Part shown: piece by piece, positions 1 to 10,225 of the stretch
Position numbering within the stretch: position 1 is the stretch's first letter
Layout: each line of letters begins with the position of its first letter
Assembly (NCBI GenBank): GCA_031459915.1
Contig: JAVKHO010000002.1
Span: 102,597 to 166,596, forward strand
DNA from: Candidatus Tepidifontimicrobium thermophilum
GTDB taxonomy: Bacteria > Sysuimicrobiota > Sysuimicrobiia > Sysuimicrobiales > Sysuimicrobiaceae
Reading direction: 5' to 3'
Length of the DNA: 64,000 nt
Position numbers and translations under genes: made by a program
Notes under the pieces: generated by a model
Seen by the model: only the letters and a program-made list of their open reading frames with translations
Databases searched by the model: none
Told to the model about the DNA's origin: nothing

Positions 1-1379
1 AACCCCCGCCGCGCGGCCGCGGGCAGACCCGGGATCTCCTCCGCCCTCCCGACTGCCTCCCACAGGCTCCAGCCCCGCTCCGCGGCGAACGTCCGCAGCC
101 GCTGCACGGTGGTCTCTCCGATTCCCCGGCGGGGCGTTGCCAGAGCCCGTAGCAGGCTCAAGTCGTCGTCCGGGTTTACCAGGACCCGCAGGTAGCTCAG
201 CAGGTCCTTGACCTCCTTCCGCTCGTAGAACCGCACCGCCCCCACCACCTGGTAGGGGATCCCCGCCCGGAGGAACGCCTCCTCGAACTGCCGGGACATG
301 GCGTTGATCCGGTACAGCACCGCGCACTCCCGCAGCCGGAAACCCTCCTCTTGCAGCCGGCGCAGCCGCTCCACTACAAAACGCGCCTCGTCGTGCTCGT
401 CCGCGGCCGCGTACACCACCACGGGTTCGCCCGGAGGGTTCTCCGTCCACAGACGCTTGGGGTAGCGCCGGGGGTTCTGTTGGATGAGGTGCTCCGCGGC
501 CCGGAGGATCTTCTGGGTGGACCGGTAGTTCTGCTCCAGGGGCAGGACCCTGGCTTCCGGGAAATCCCGCTCGAACTCCAGGATGTTCCGGATGTCCGCC
601 CCACGCCACCCGTAGATGGCCTGGTCCACGTCCCCCACCACGAACAGGTTGCGGTGGCGCTCCGTCAAGCGCGCCAGGATCCGGAACTGAACGGGGTTCG
701 TGTCCTGGTACTCGTCCACCAGCACGTGCTGGAAGCGGTCCTGGTACAGCTCCCGGATTTCGGGCACGTCCTCCAGCAGCCGCAGGGTCTCCAGCAACAG
801 GTCGTCGAAGTCCAGGGCGGATCGCTGCGTCATCAACCGCTGGTACTCACGCCAGCAGGAAGCCACCACCCGTTCGAAGGGAGAGGTGGCACGGGCTTCG
901 TACGCGCTCAACGCCACCCCGTCGTTCTTGACCGCGGACACCACCCCGAGCACGGCCGCGGGCGGGTAGCGCCGCTCGTCCACCCCCAGGTTCCGCAGGG
1001 CCTCCCGCATCACCTGACGCTGGTCGTCCTCGTCGTACACGGTGAAGTGCTTTGGCAGGCCGATGCGGTCGCCGTGGGCCCGCAGGATTCGGGCGCACGT
1101 CCGGTGGAACGTCCCCATCCACACCCTCCGTGCCACCCGTTCGCCCACCAGGCCCGCCACCCGCTGCCGCATCTCCTCCGCGGCCTTGTTGGTGAAGGTG
1201 ACCGCCAGGATCCGGTCGGGTGGTGTGCCCAGCACCCGCACCAGGTACGCGAGCCGGTACGCCAGCACCCGGGTCTTCCCGGACCCAGCCCCGGCCAGGA
1301 CCAGGGCCGGGCCCCCGCGGTGCAGGACCGCCTCCCGCTGCTGGGGGTTGAGCTGACGGAGGAACTCTTCCGGCCTCAC
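1..1379 (-). CDS. pcrA: ATP-dependent DNA helicase PcrA/UvrD (3' end runs off the window)
   Basis: Translated manually because it is absent from the ORF track. GTG at 1379 gives MRPEEFLRQLNPQQREAV, then SF1 motifs LAGAGSGKT, VTFTNKAA, LVDEYQDTN, VGDVDQAIYGWRGA and LEQNYRST. Confidence 0.95.
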   Translation of the reverse strand, partial: MRPEEFLRQLNPQQREAVLHRGGPALVLAGAGSGKTRVLAYRLAYLVRVLGTPPDRILAVTFTNKAAEEMRQRVAGLVGERVARRVWMGTFHRTCARILRAHGDRIGLPKHFTVYDEDDQRQVMREALRNLGVDERRYPPAAVLGVVSAVKNDGVALSAYEARATSPFERVVASCWREYQRLMTQRSALDFDDLLLETLRLLEDVPEIRELYQDRFQHVLVDEYQDTNPVQFRILARLTERHRNLFVVGDVDQAIYGWRGADIRNILEFERDFPEARVLPLEQNYRSTQKILRAAEHLIQQNPRRYPKRLWTENPPGEPVVVYAAADEHDEARFVVERLRRLQEEGFRLRECAVLYRINAMSRQFEEAFLRAGIPYQVVGAVRFYERKEVKDLLSYLRVLVNPDDDLSLLRALATPRRGIGETTVQRLRTFAAERGWSLWEAVGRAEEIPGLPAAARRG

Positions 1380-1681
1380 GCCTGCAGCCTTCCCGCCACC
1401 AGACTCAGGAACTCCTCCACGGGCTCCCGCTCCCCGAGGGCCGCCAGCACCCGCCCCTCGTCCAGCCTCAGGTGTAGCCGGCTCATCGCACCAGGGAGCG
1501 GAGCACGGTTTTCTCGTGACGCTCCAGGAAAAGGCGCAGGTCGGCCGCCCGCGTCGCTCTCGCGGCCCGCCTGTCCCGCCGGGTGGCTTCCGAACAGGAA
1601 CGCGGCCAGCAGCGACGCCGGTCTCCGCTGCGTGAAGTGCGCGCGCAACCGCTCCACCAGCTCGTCCACCTGCTGCTTCAC
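1376..1681 (-). pseudogene. Internally deleted MNT (nucleotidyltransferase) antitoxin plus HEPN/DUF86 toxin remnant
   Basis: GTG at 1681 overlaps the guaA stop. AFLFGSHPAGQAGRESD is an MNT G-S..SD motif cut before the second Asp. Another frame gives AADLRLFLERHEKTVLRSLVR-stop, with an ATGA overlap at 1483-1486 into MSRLHLRLDEGRVLAALGEREPVEEFLSLV, which resembles the start and end of DUF86. Confidence 0.65.
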
Positions 1682-3264
1682 TCCCACTCGATGGTAGCAG
1701 GCGGCTTGCTGGTGACGTCGTACACCACCCGGGTGATGGCGGGGACTTCCCGGGTGATCCGGGCCGCCACCGTCTCCAGCAGCTCGTGGGGCAGCCGCGC
1801 CCAGTCCGCAGTCATCCCGTCCTCGCTGGTCACCGCCCGGACCGCGCAGGCGTAGCCGTAGGTCCGGCTGTCCCCGGCCACCCCCACGGTCCGCACCGGC
1901 AGCAGCACGCAGAACACCTGCCACAGCTCCCGCCACAGGCCCGCCCGCCGGACCTCCTCCAGGAGGATGCTGTCCGCCTCCCGCAGGATCTCCAGGCGCT
2001 CCTCCGTCACCTCCCCCAGCACCCGGATGGCCAGGCCCGGGCCCGGGAACGGGTGCCGCCAGACCAGCTCGTCCGGCAAGCCCAGCTGCCGGGCCACCTC
2101 CCGGACCTCGTCCTTGAAAAGCTCCCGGAACGGCTCCACCAGCTGGAAGCGCATGCCCTCGGGCAGGCCGCCCACGTTGTGGTGGGTTTTGATGCGGGCC
2201 GCAGTGCGCGTGCCGGACTCGATCACGTCCGGGTACAGGGTGCCCTGGACCAGGAAGTCCACGGGGCCCATTCGGGCTGCCACCTCCTCAAACACCCGGA
2301 TGAACTCTTCCCCGATGCGGCGTCGCTTCTCCTCGGGGTCCGTGACCGCCTGCAGCCGCTCCAGGAACCGCCGCCGGGCGTCCACGTGCACCAGCGGCAC
2401 CCGGAAGTGGTCCCGGAAGGTGCGCACCACCTGCTCGGCCTCCCCTTTGCGCAGGAACCCGTGATCCACGAACACGCACGTCAGCTGGTCCCCTACCGCC
2501 CGGTGCACGAGGGCTGCGGCTGCCGAGGAGTCCACCCCCCCGGACAGCGCGCACAGGACCCTGCCGCCTCCCACCTGACCCCGGACCCGCTCTGTGGCCT
2601 CCTCCACGAAGGACCGCATGGTCCACGTGGGCGCGCACCCGCACACTTCAAAGACGAAGTTGCGGAGCACGTCCACCCCCCACGGGGTGTGAGAGACCTC
2701 GGGGTGGAACTGGACCCCGTACAGACGGCGCCGGCGGTCCTGGATGGCCGCGTGGGGAGAGTGGTCGGTGCGGGCGATCGTCTCGAACCCAGGCGGGAGG
2801 TCCAGGACCGCGTCCCCGTGGCTCATCCAGCAGAGCAGGCGTCGCTCCAGCCCGTCAAACAGCGCGCTGTCCTGCTCCACCCACAGGCGCGTGCGCCCGT
2901 ACTCGCGGACCGCAGCCGGCCCGGTACGGCCCCCCAGCACGTGGGCCATCCACTGCATGCCGTAGCAGATGCCCAGCACCGGAACCCCCAGCTGCAGGAT
3001 GGCCGGGTCCGCTTGCGGCGCTCCGTCCTCGTACACGCTGGCCGGGCCCCCGGACAGGACGATGCCCTTGGGCCGCAGGTTCCGCACCTGCTCGGCCGGC
3101 GTGTCGTACGGCACGATGCGGCTGTAGACCCGCAGCTCCCGGATCCGCCGCGCGATCAGCTGAGCGTACTGGGCGCCGAAGTCCAGGACGAGGACGAGGT
3201 CTGCGGCTGGCCCCTGGGAGTCCGCTAGCTTTGTGGAGTCGGCCTGGACGCCCGCGTCCACCAT
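1678..3264 (-). CDS. guaA: Glutamine-hydrolysing GMP synthase
   Basis: [38 protein letters not shown] and C-terminal KPPATIEWE. Confidence 0.98.
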   Translation of the reverse strand: MVDAGVQADSTKLADSQGPAADLVLVLDFGAQYAQLIARRIRELRVYSRIVPYDTPAEQVRNLRPKGIVLSGGPASVYEDGAPQADPAILQLGVPVLGICYGMQWMAHVLGGRTGPAAVREYGRTRLWVEQDSALFDGLERRLLCWMSHGDAVLDLPPGFETIARTDHSPHAAIQDRRRRLYGVQFHPEVSHTPWGVDVLRNFVFEVCGCAPTWTMRSFVEEATERVRGQVGGGRVLCALSGGVDSSAAAALVHRAVGDQLTCVFVDHGFLRKGEAEQVVRTFRDHFRVPLVHVDARRRFLERLQAVTDPEEKRRRIGEEFIRVFEEVAARMGPVDFLVQGTLYPDVIESGTRTAARIKTHHNVGGLPEGMRFQLVEPFRELFKDEVREVARQLGLPDELVWRHPFPGPGLAIRVLGEVTEERLEILREADSILLEEVRRAGLWRELWQVFCVLLPVRTVGVAGDSRTYGYACAVRAVTSEDGMTADWARLPHELLETVAARITREVPAITRVVYDVTSKPPATIEWE

Positions 3265-3283
3265 CCGCGCTCCGGAGCTCCGC

Positions 3284-4510
3284 CTACCTTCCCTGCCCCA
3301 CCCGCTGCGCGAACTGCGCGGCCTTCCCCTCCGTCAGCAGGGCCGGCGCCAGGACGATCTCCACCCGGTGCATCTCCCTCAGCGTCCGGGCGCCGCACAT
3401 GGCCATGGCGGTGCGCAGCGCCTCCACCAGGTTCTGGCTGCCGTCGTCCACCTGCGCGGGCCCGAAAAGGATCTGACGTAGGGTCCCCGTGGTGCCCACG
3501 CGGATCCGGGTGCCCCGCGGCAGCGCCGCGTGGGGGGTGGCCATCCCCCAGTGGTAGCCCCGGCCGGGAGCTTCCGCCGCACACGCCAGGGCCGAGCCCA
3601 GCATCACCGCGTCGGCACCGCACGCGACGGACTTGGCCACCTCCCCGCCGACCCGGATCCCGCCGTCCGCCACGACGGGCACGTGCCGGCCGGTCCTCTG
3701 CCGGAACGCGTCCCGCGCCGCAGCCACGTCGCACAGGGCGGTAACCTGCGGGACCCCCACTCCCAGGACCTTCCGGCTCGTGCACGCTGCGCCGGGTCCC
3801 ACGCCCACGAACAGCCCGGCCACCCCGGCCTCCAGGAGCTCCAGGGCAGCCTGGTAGGAAACGCAGTTGCCCGCCATCACGGGGATCCGCGCGTTTTCCA
3901 CCACCTGGCGGACGGACAGCGCGCGCCCCCGGGAGGAGAAGTGCCGCTCGGTGATCACCGTGGACTGCAGCACCAGCACGTCCAGCCCGGCCTCCTCCGC
4001 CACGGGAGCCAGCCACGAGGCCGAGGCCGGGGTGACAGACCCGAAGGCCAGGGCGCCCCCCCGCTTGATCTCCTGGATGCGCCGGGCGACCAGTTCCTCC
4101 CGGACAGGCGCCCGGTACAGCTCCTGCAGGACCCGCACGCACTGCTCCTGCGGCGCCGAGGCGATGCGCTCGAAAGCTTCCGAGGGGTCCTCGTACCGCG
4201 TCTGCAGGCCCTCCAGGTTGAGGACCCCGGCCCCTCCCAGCTCGCCCATGAGGACCGCGGTCCGCACGTCCGTCACGCTGTCCATGGCTGCGGCCAGGAC
4301 GGGGATCCGCAACCGGTGGCCGCCCACCTCCCACGCGACGTCCACGTCCTCCGGGTCCACGGTGGCCGCCGCAGGTACCAGCGCGATGTCGTCGTACCCG
4401 TACGCCCTGCGCGCACGGCGCCCCAGCCCCAGCAGGACGGTGTCGGCTTCCGACACCGCGGGCGGGAGGCCGGCCGTAAGGGACTCCGGGTTCGCCGTCC
4501 TGGCGCTCAT
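3284..4510 (-). CDS. guaB: GuaB3-family IMP dehydrogenase (no CBS domain)
   Basis: [25 protein letters not shown], catalytic loop [16 protein letters not shown] and LPRGTRI; lies between hpt and guaA. Confidence 0.9.
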   Translation of the reverse strand: MSARTANPESLTAGLPPAVSEADTVLLGLGRRARRAYGYDDIALVPAAATVDPEDVDVAWEVGGHRLRIPVLAAAMDSVTDVRTAVLMGELGGAGVLNLEGLQTRYEDPSEAFERIASAPQEQCVRVLQELYRAPVREELVARRIQEIKRGGALAFGSVTPASASWLAPVAEEAGLDVLVLQSTVITERHFSSRGRALSVRQVVENARIPVMAGNCVSYQAALELLEAGVAGLFVGVGPGAACTSRKVLGVGVPQVTALCDVAAARDAFRQRTGRHVPVVADGGIRVGGEVAKSVACGADAVMLGSALACAAEAPGRGYHWGMATPHAALPRGTRIRVGTTGTLRQILFGPAQVDDGSQNLVEALRTAMAMCGARTLREMHRVEIVLAPALLTEGKAAQFAQRVGQGR

Positions 4511-5049
4511 CGGTACACCTCCGGCTTAAGCACGCACAGGTAGGGGAGGTTGCGGTACAGCCCCGCGTAGTCCATCCCGTAGCCGACCACGAACCGGTCG
4601 GGGATCCGGAACCCCACGTACCGCAGGGGGACCTCCCGCCGGCGCCGTTCCGCCTTGTCCAGCAGCACGCACACCGCCAGGCTCGCGGGGTACCGGGCCT
4701 TCAGGGTGGTCAGGAGGTAGTCCATGGTCAGGCCCGTGTCCACGATGTCGTCCACCACCAGCACGTGGCGGCCCTCGATGCTCTCGTTGAGGTCCTTGAG
4801 GATCCGCACCACTCCGGTGTTCTCCGTCCCCGCGCCGTAGGCACTGGTCGCCATGAAGTCCAGGTGGCACGGGATGGTGATGGCGCGCATCAGGTCGGAC
4901 ACGAAGAACACAGCCCCTGTCAGGATCCCGACCAACAGGGGCTGCTTGCCGTCGTAGTCCGAGGAGATCTGGCGCCCGAGCTCCTGCACCCGGGCCCGGA
5001 GGACCTCCTCGGGGATGAGGACCTCTTCCACGTCGTCCGCCAGCGACAA
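4507..5049 (-). CDS. hpt: Hypoxanthine phosphoribosyltransferase
   Basis: PRPP motif VLVVDDIVDTGLT and FVVGYGMDY..YRNLPY. Start moved to TTG 5049, which follows a GGAGG SD. Confidence 0.95.
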   Translation of the reverse strand: MSLADDVEEVLIPEEVLRARVQELGRQISSDYDGKQPLLVGILTGAVFFVSDLMRAITIPCHLDFMATSAYGAGTENTGVVRILKDLNESIEGRHVLVVDDIVDTGLTMDYLLTTLKARYPASLAVCVLLDKAERRRREVPLRYVGFRIPDRFVVGYGMDYAGLYRNLPYLCVLKPEVYR

Positions 5050-5076
5050 ACCTGCGCCTCCGGGGGGTTTGGGCGG

Positions 5077-5106
5077 ATTATAGGGAAACCCGGAAATTCC
5101 TGTCAA
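5077..5106 (-). promoter_or_regulatory. Sigma70 promoter of hpt-guaB-guaA(-pcrA)
   Basis: Exact TTGACA (5106-5101), 18 bp spacer, TATAAT (5082-5077). Confidence 0.85.
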
Positions 5107-5192
5107 ACGCGCGACCGGGCCCGCCGATCGTTCGCAATTCTCGAAATGGTCGCCCTCGGCCTAAAGCAGTTCGACCGAAAAACCGAACACCC

Positions 5193-5771
5193 TCAGCGGC
5201 TGCCCGGCTTGACCAAAGGCACCCCCTCCCGGCACAGGGGGCACAGGGGCGGCAGGTACGCCTCCACGTCCAGCCGCACCAGGGGCTCAAACCGCCACCG
5301 CAGCCCGTGCCCCCCCGAGGACCGGTCCACGATGGCCGCCACGCCCACCACCACAGCACCCGCGCGCTCGGCTACAGCGGCCACCTCCTTCGCGGACCCT
5401 CCTGTAGTGACCACGTCCTCCACCACCAGGACCCGCTCCCCGGGCGAGAGGGTGAAGCTACGCCGGAGGCTCATGCGCCCCTCGGACCGCTCCGCCCACA
5501 GGGCCCGCGCACGGAGCTGCCGGGCGGTTTCGTACGCCAGCACCACGGCCCCGATCGCCGGCCCCACCACCGCCTGCACTTCTTCGGACCGGAACGGCTC
5601 AGCCAGGGCAGCGCACACCCTGGCCGTCAGGTCGGGGTACTGAAGCAGCAGGGCACACTGGATGTAGTGGGAGCTGTGCATGCCGGAGCTCAGGAGAAAG
5701 TGACCCTGCTGCAGGGCCCCGTGCTCCCGCAAAAGGTCCACCACCTCGGCTCCCGAAAGGAAGGTGGCCAC
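5193..5771 (-). CDS. pyrE: Orotate phosphoribosyltransferase
   Basis: GHFLLSSGMHS and VLVVEDVVTTGGS; last gene of the pyr operon. Confidence 0.95.
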   Translation of the reverse strand: MATFLSGAEVVDLLREHGALQQGHFLLSSGMHSSHYIQCALLLQYPDLTARVCAALAEPFRSEEVQAVVGPAIGAVVLAYETARQLRARALWAERSEGRMSLRRSFTLSPGERVLVVEDVVTTGGSAKEVAAVAERAGAVVVGVAAIVDRSSGGHGLRWRFEPLVRLDVEAYLPPLCPLCREGVPLVKPGSR

Positions 5772-5828
5772 CTCAAACCGTCCGTTCCGGGCGGAGCCGA
5801 CCGGCCGCGGTTCCGCCCCGCAGCAGCT

Positions 5829-6542
5829 TCACAGCGTCCCTTTCGAGGCTAACACGTCCAGGACTTCCACCGTAGCCCGAGCCACCGCCGCGGGGTCAGC
5901 TGCCAGGAGGATGGGCCGGCCCACCACCACGTAGTCCGCACCCGCCCGCACCGCCTCCCGGAGGCTTCCGGTCCTGGCCTGGTCGTCGTCCTGGACCTCC
6001 CTAGGCCGGACCCCCGGCACCACGGCCAGGAACTCGCGGCCGCAGCGCTCCTTGACGGCCGCCACCTCGTGCACCGAGCACACCACGCCGTCCAGCCCTG
6101 CCTTCCGCGCCAGCTCCGCCAGCCGCAGGGCGTAGCTTGCGGGGTCCTCCGCCACACCCACCTCCCGCAGGGTCGCGACGTCAGCGCTGGTGAGGACGGT
6201 CACCCCCAGCACGAGGGGAGGGCTCGCGGACTCCCGCCGCGCCCCTGCCGCTGCCCGCCGCATCATCTCCGTCCCCCCGCAGGCGTGCACGTTGAACATC
6301 CACACGCCCAGCCTGGCCGCCGCCGAGGCGGCCTGCTCCACGGTGTTGGGGATGTCGCAGAACTTCAGGTCCAGAAACACCCGGCCGCCCCGGTCACAGA
6401 CCTCCCGCACGGCCTGCGGCCCTGCCGCGGTGAACAGCTGGGAGCCCACCTTGAAGGACCGCACCACCGGGCAAAGCCGGTCCAGCAGCCGCCGGGCGGA
6501 GTCCAAGTCCGGTGTGTCGAGGGCGACGACGAGCTCAGCCAC
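5829..6542 (-). CDS. pyrF: Orotidine-5'-phosphate decarboxylase
   Basis: VFLDLKFCDIPNTV, VTVLTS, PGVRP, DDQAR and VVGRPI. Confidence 0.96.
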   Translation of the reverse strand: MAELVVALDTPDLDSARRLLDRLCPVVRSFKVGSQLFTAAGPQAVREVCDRGGRVFLDLKFCDIPNTVEQAASAAARLGVWMFNVHACGGTEMMRRAAAGARRESASPPLVLGVTVLTSADVATLREVGVAEDPASYALRLAELARKAGLDGVVCSVHEVAAVKERCGREFLAVVPGVRPREVQDDDQARTGSLREAVRAGADYVVVGRPILLAADPAAVARATVEVLDVLASKGTL

Positions 6543-7461
6543 GGTCGCCCAGCTCCACGAGTTCTAGCCGACCCACCAGGGACGCCACCGAAACAAACCC
6601 CTCGGCAGCCAGGTAGTCGCGCAGTCCCTGGACGACCTTGAGGTGCGCCTGCGGATCCTGCAGCAGAGCAGAGGCCATCCCCACCGCCCGGGCTCCTGCC
6701 AGGAAGAACTCCACCGCGTGCTCCCACGTGCAGATCCCCCCGACACCCACCACGGGCACCGGTACTGCGCGGGAGATCTCCCACACCATCCGCACCGCCA
6801 CGGGCCGGAGGGCAGGCCCGGAAAGGCCTCCGGTAACGCCCCCCAGCTTCGGCCGGCGGGTGCGCACGTCCACGGCCATGGCAGGGACGGTGTTGGTCAC
6901 CACAAGCGCGTCCGCGCCCGCTTCAACCGCGGCCCGTGCCGCGGCCACCGGGTCCAGCACGTGAGGCGCCAGCTTGACGAACAGGGGCCGCCGCACCACC
7001 CGTCGGACGGCCGCGACCAGGCTGCGGGTGCGCTCGGGGTCGGCGCCGAACAGCAGGCCGTCTAGTACGTTCGGACACGACACGTTCAGCTCCACCGCGG
7101 CCACACCGTCGGCCTCGTCCAGCCACCGGGCCAGGGTGCAGAACTCGTCTGCGGAGTGGCCGGCCACGCTGGCCACCACGGGGATCCCCAGGGTGCGCAG
7201 AAACGGCAGGTCCTTCGTTAGGAACGCGGCCAGCCCGGGGTTGCGCAGGCCCACGGAGTTGAGCCACCCCCCCTCCGTCTCCGCCAGGTGAGGCCGCGGG
7301 TTGCCCTCGCGGGGCTCCAGGGTGATGGACTTGGTGACGAACGCGCCGAAGGCCGAGAGTTCGTAGGCCTGGGCGACCTCCCGCCCGTGCCCGAGAGGGC
7401 CCGAAGCACAGAGGACCGGGTTCTTCAGCCGCAGACCTGCCAGCTCCACGGACAGGTCCAC
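6535..7461 (-). CDS. pyrD: Dihydroorotate dehydrogenase (family 1)
   Basis: LKNPVLCASG, NSVGLRNPG, ELNVSCPN and GGLSGPALRP. Start set at GTG 7461. Confidence 0.93.
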   Translation of the reverse strand: MDLSVELAGLRLKNPVLCASGPLGHGREVAQAYELSAFGAFVTKSITLEPREGNPRPHLAETEGGWLNSVGLRNPGLAAFLTKDLPFLRTLGIPVVASVAGHSADEFCTLARWLDEADGVAAVELNVSCPNVLDGLLFGADPERTRSLVAAVRRVVRRPLFVKLAPHVLDPVAAARAAVEAGADALVVTNTVPAMAVDVRTRRPKLGGVTGGLSGPALRPVAVRMVWEISRAVPVPVVGVGGICTWEHAVEFFLAGARAVGMASALLQDPQAHLKVVQGLRDYLAAEGFVSVASLVGRLELVELGDRG

Positions 7462-7505
7462 AGCTTCTGTCTGTCGCGCGGCGACTCCGGATCGGGGCAC
7501 CTGGC

Positions 7506-8843
7506 TCAAGAGGGCACCTCCGCCAGTCGGCGCCGCAACAGCGCCTCGTCCGCGTACACCCACCGGCCCGCCACCAGGGTCCCCAGCACCTTCCCGCGCA
7601 GGGTCCACCCCGCAAACGGCGTGTTGCGGGACTTCGAGGCGAACTCCTCCGGACGCACCACCCACTCCGCCTCGGGATCGAACACCACCAGGTCCGCGGG
7701 ACCGCCCTCGTACAGCCGGCCAGCGTCCAGGCCCAGGACCCTTGCCGGCGCCCACGTCACCTTCGCCAGGGCATCTAGCAGGCTCCAGCCCCGCTGGTGC
7801 ACCAGCCGTGTGACCACCACGGCCAGCAGCGTCTCCAGCCCCACCACCCCGAAGGGCGCCCGGTCGAACTCCACCGCCTTCTCCCAGGGTGCGTGCGGCG
7901 CGTGGTCTGTGGCCACGCAGTCGATAGTACCGTCCTGCAGCCCTTCCAGGAGCGCTTCCACGTCCTCCGCCTCCCGCAGGGGCGGGTTCATCTTGAAGTT
8001 GGTGTCGTAGCCCTCCACCGCCTCGTGGGTGAGCACCAGGTGGTGCGGGGTCACCTCCGCGGTCACGGGAACGCCCCGCTCCTTGGCCTGGCGGATCAAC
8101 CGCACCGACCCCGCGGTGCTCACGTGCTGCACGTGCAGGTGGCAGCCCGTCTCCTCCGCCAGCACCAGGTCGCGGGCCAAAGCCGCCTCTTCAGCGCTGC
8201 GCGGGATCCCCCGCAGCCCCAGCCGGGCGCTCACCTCCCCCTCGTGCACCACGCCGCCCGCGGAGAGGCTGGGGTCCTCGCAGTGCTGCAGCACCGCTAG
8301 ACCGAAGCTCCTGGCGTAGGTCATGGCCCGGCGCAGCAGGGCCGCGTCCTGCACCCACCGTCCGTCGTCCGAAAGGGCCACCACGCCCGCGGCCGCCAGA
8401 GACCCAACAGGACTGAGCTCCCGGCCCTCCAGCCCCTTGGTAACCGCGCCCACGGGGTAGACGCGTACGCTAGCGGACCTGGACCACTCGCGGATGGCGG
8501 CCACCACGGTGGGGTCGTCCACCGGCGGGGTGGTGTTGGCCATGCACACCACCGTGGTGACCCCGCCCCGGGCGGCGGCCCGGGTGCCGGACTGGATGTC
8601 CTCCTTGTGGGTCTGCCCGGGCTGCCGAAGGTGCACGTGGACGTCCACGAGGCCCGGAGCGAGGACGAGGCCGGAGAGGTCAAAAATCTCACCGGGACCT
8701 CCCAGGTCCGGGGGCGCGGACCCGCCGTGCGGCAGGACGGCGCAGACCCGGCCGTCTTCTACCACCACGTCCGCCACCGCGTCCAGGCCCGAGGCCGGGT
8801 CCGCCACGCGGGCGTTCCTGAGCACGAGCCGGCCCGGGTGCAT
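7506..8843 (-). CDS. pyrC: Dihydroorotase (type I)
   Basis: DVHVHLRQPG, EVTPHHL, KMNPPLR and ATDHAPH. Confidence 0.96.
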   Translation of the reverse strand: MHPGRLVLRNARVADPASGLDAVADVVVEDGRVCAVLPHGGSAPPDLGGPGEIFDLSGLVLAPGLVDVHVHLRQPGQTHKEDIQSGTRAAARGGVTTVVCMANTTPPVDDPTVVAAIREWSRSASVRVYPVGAVTKGLEGRELSPVGSLAAAGVVALSDDGRWVQDAALLRRAMTYARSFGLAVLQHCEDPSLSAGGVVHEGEVSARLGLRGIPRSAEEAALARDLVLAEETGCHLHVQHVSTAGSVRLIRQAKERGVPVTAEVTPHHLVLTHEAVEGYDTNFKMNPPLREAEDVEALLEGLQDGTIDCVATDHAPHAPWEKAVEFDRAPFGVVGLETLLAVVVTRLVHQRGWSLLDALAKVTWAPARVLGLDAGRLYEGGPADLVVFDPEAEWVVRPEEFASKSRNTPFAGWTLRGKVLGTLVAGRWVYADEALLRRRLAEVPS

Positions 8844-9811
8844 CAGCGCCTCCCCGCAACGGCGAGCTCGGTGCGCTCCACGGGGTGCACCTCGGCTGCT
8901 GGCCGCGGCTGAGCCAGCAGGTCGTACAGGACCGCCATGCGCACGGCCACGCCGTTAGCTACCTGCCGCAAGACCAGCGACCGGGCCCCGTAGGCCACTT
9001 CCGGGGTGACCTCCACGCCCAGGTTCATGGGGCCCGGGTGCATAACTAGCGCCCCCGGTTTGGCAAGGCGCAGCCGCTCGGGGGTGACGGCGTACAGCCG
9101 GTGGTACTCCCCCGCAGACGGAATGAAGCCAGCGGCCTGCCGCTCTACCTGCACCCGCAGGGCCATCACCACGTCCGCGCCTTCCAGGGCTTCCTCCAGG
9201 CGGTGGCAGACCCGGACTCCTGGGTACTCGAGCTCGCGAGGTACCAGAGTGGGGGGCCCGCACAGCACCACCTCGGCCCCCAGCTTGGAGAACCCCCAGG
9301 CCGCGGACCGCGCCACCCGGCTGTGCAGCACGTCGCCCACCACCACCACCCGCAGGCCCGAGATGCCGCCGAAGGCCTGGCGGACGGTCAAAAGGTCCAC
9401 CAGACCCTGGGTGGGGTGCTCGTGCATCCCGTCCCCTGCGTTGATGACGCTGCAGCGTACGTGGCGGGCCACGAGGTAGCCGGCTCCGGAGCAGGGGTGC
9501 CGCAGCACGATGGCGTCGGCCCCCATGGCTTCCAGCGTGAGGGCGGTGTCGGTCAGCGACTCGCCCTTCTGCACCGAGCTGCGTTCCGGGTCGAAGTTCA
9601 CCACCTGGGCCCCGAGCCTGCGGGCCGCCAGCTCGAAGGACGTGCGGGTCCGGGTGCTGGGCTCGTAGAACACGTTGGCCACCACCCGGCCCTCCAGGCC
9701 CCTCGGCTCAAGACGGCCTTCTGCCGCGTCCTCTGCCAGGTCCAGTAACGCCAGGATCTGGGCGGGCGAAAGAGGCTCCAGACCCAGGAGGTGTCCACGC
9801 AGCACGCTCAC
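8843..9811 (-). CDS. pyrB: Aspartate carbamoyltransferase catalytic subunit
   Basis: FYEPSTRTRTSF, NAGDGMHEHPTQ and MHPGPMN. GTG 9811 follows a GGGGAGG SD. Confidence 0.96.
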   Translation of the reverse strand: MSVLRGHLLGLEPLSPAQILALLDLAEDAAEGRLEPRGLEGRVVANVFYEPSTRTRTSFELAARRLGAQVVNFDPERSSVQKGESLTDTALTLEAMGADAIVLRHPCSGAGYLVARHVRCSVINAGDGMHEHPTQGLVDLLTVRQAFGGISGLRVVVVGDVLHSRVARSAAWGFSKLGAEVVLCGPPTLVPRELEYPGVRVCHRLEEALEGADVVMALRVQVERQAAGFIPSAGEYHRLYAVTPERLRLAKPGALVMHPGPMNLGVEVTPEVAYGARSLVLRQVANGVAVRMAVLYDLLAQPRPAAEVHPVERTELAVAGRR

Positions 9812-9854
9812 CGTACCACCTCCCCGGGTCGGCTCAGGCGGGCGAGCAGGGCAC

Positions 9855-9887
9855 AAAAAAGCCTTCCTCGCCGCCGGCAAGGAAGGC
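9855..9887 (-). terminator. Attenuator terminator of the pyr leader
   Basis: On the minus strand a GCCTTCCT..AGGAAGGC stem is followed by TTTTTT. Confidence 0.85.
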
Positions 9888-9945
9888 CTCGCGTCTTTCT
9901 TTTGCCCTTGCCGGCCTCGCTGGACCGACTTAAAGGTGCCTTTCG
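9855..9945 (-). promoter_or_regulatory. PyrR-binding RNA attenuator
   Basis: Minus strand CCTTTAAGTCGGTCCAGCGAGGCCGGCAAGGG matches the PyrR loop pattern CUUUAA..RUCCnGnGAGGY. GCCGGCAAGG can pair with CCTTGCCGGC in the terminator arm. Confidence 0.85.
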
Positions 9946-9951
9946 CCGCCT

Positions 9952-9980
9952 ACCCTAGCACGGCCCGGCTGTGGAGTCAA
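9952..9980 (-). promoter_or_regulatory. Putative pyr operon promoter
   Basis: TTGACT-N17-TAGGGT with an extended TG, directly upstream of the PyrR element. Confidence 0.55.
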
Positions 9981-10225
9981 CGGGCCCGCTGTCCGGGCAC
10001 CACCGCCACCACTTCAACCGCGTCCGCGCTCTCCCGAGAGTACACGACCCGGCGGCGGGAGACTACAGAGTACCGGAGTCCCTTGAACAGGGCCCGCGTG
10101 CGCACCGGATTCATCCGAGGGAACTCCGCGGCGAGCTCCAGCCGGTGCACGACCCGCTCCTGCTCGCTGCGGCTTAGGGCTGCAAGGCCCGCAACGGCCT
10201 CACCGGACCACCGAATCCGCCTCAC
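9977..10225 (-). CDS. RelE/ParE-superfamily toxin
   Basis: 82 aa basic protein with the pattern IRWSGEA..FPRMNP..RVVY..VEVVAV; 4-bp overlap with the antitoxin. Confidence 0.75.
   Translation of the reverse strand: MRRIRWSGEAVAGLAALSRSEQERVVHRLELAAEFPRMNPVRTRALFKGLRYSVVSRRRVVYSRESADAVEVVAVVPGQRAR

Noticed and set aside
351..1697. 448-aa plus-strand ORF
   Set aside because: Antisense shadow of pcrA, which carries all the helicase motifs on the minus strand.
5125..5192. LexA/SOS box controlling pcrA
   Set aside because: Half-site orientation and spacing do not match CGAAC-N4-GTTCG.
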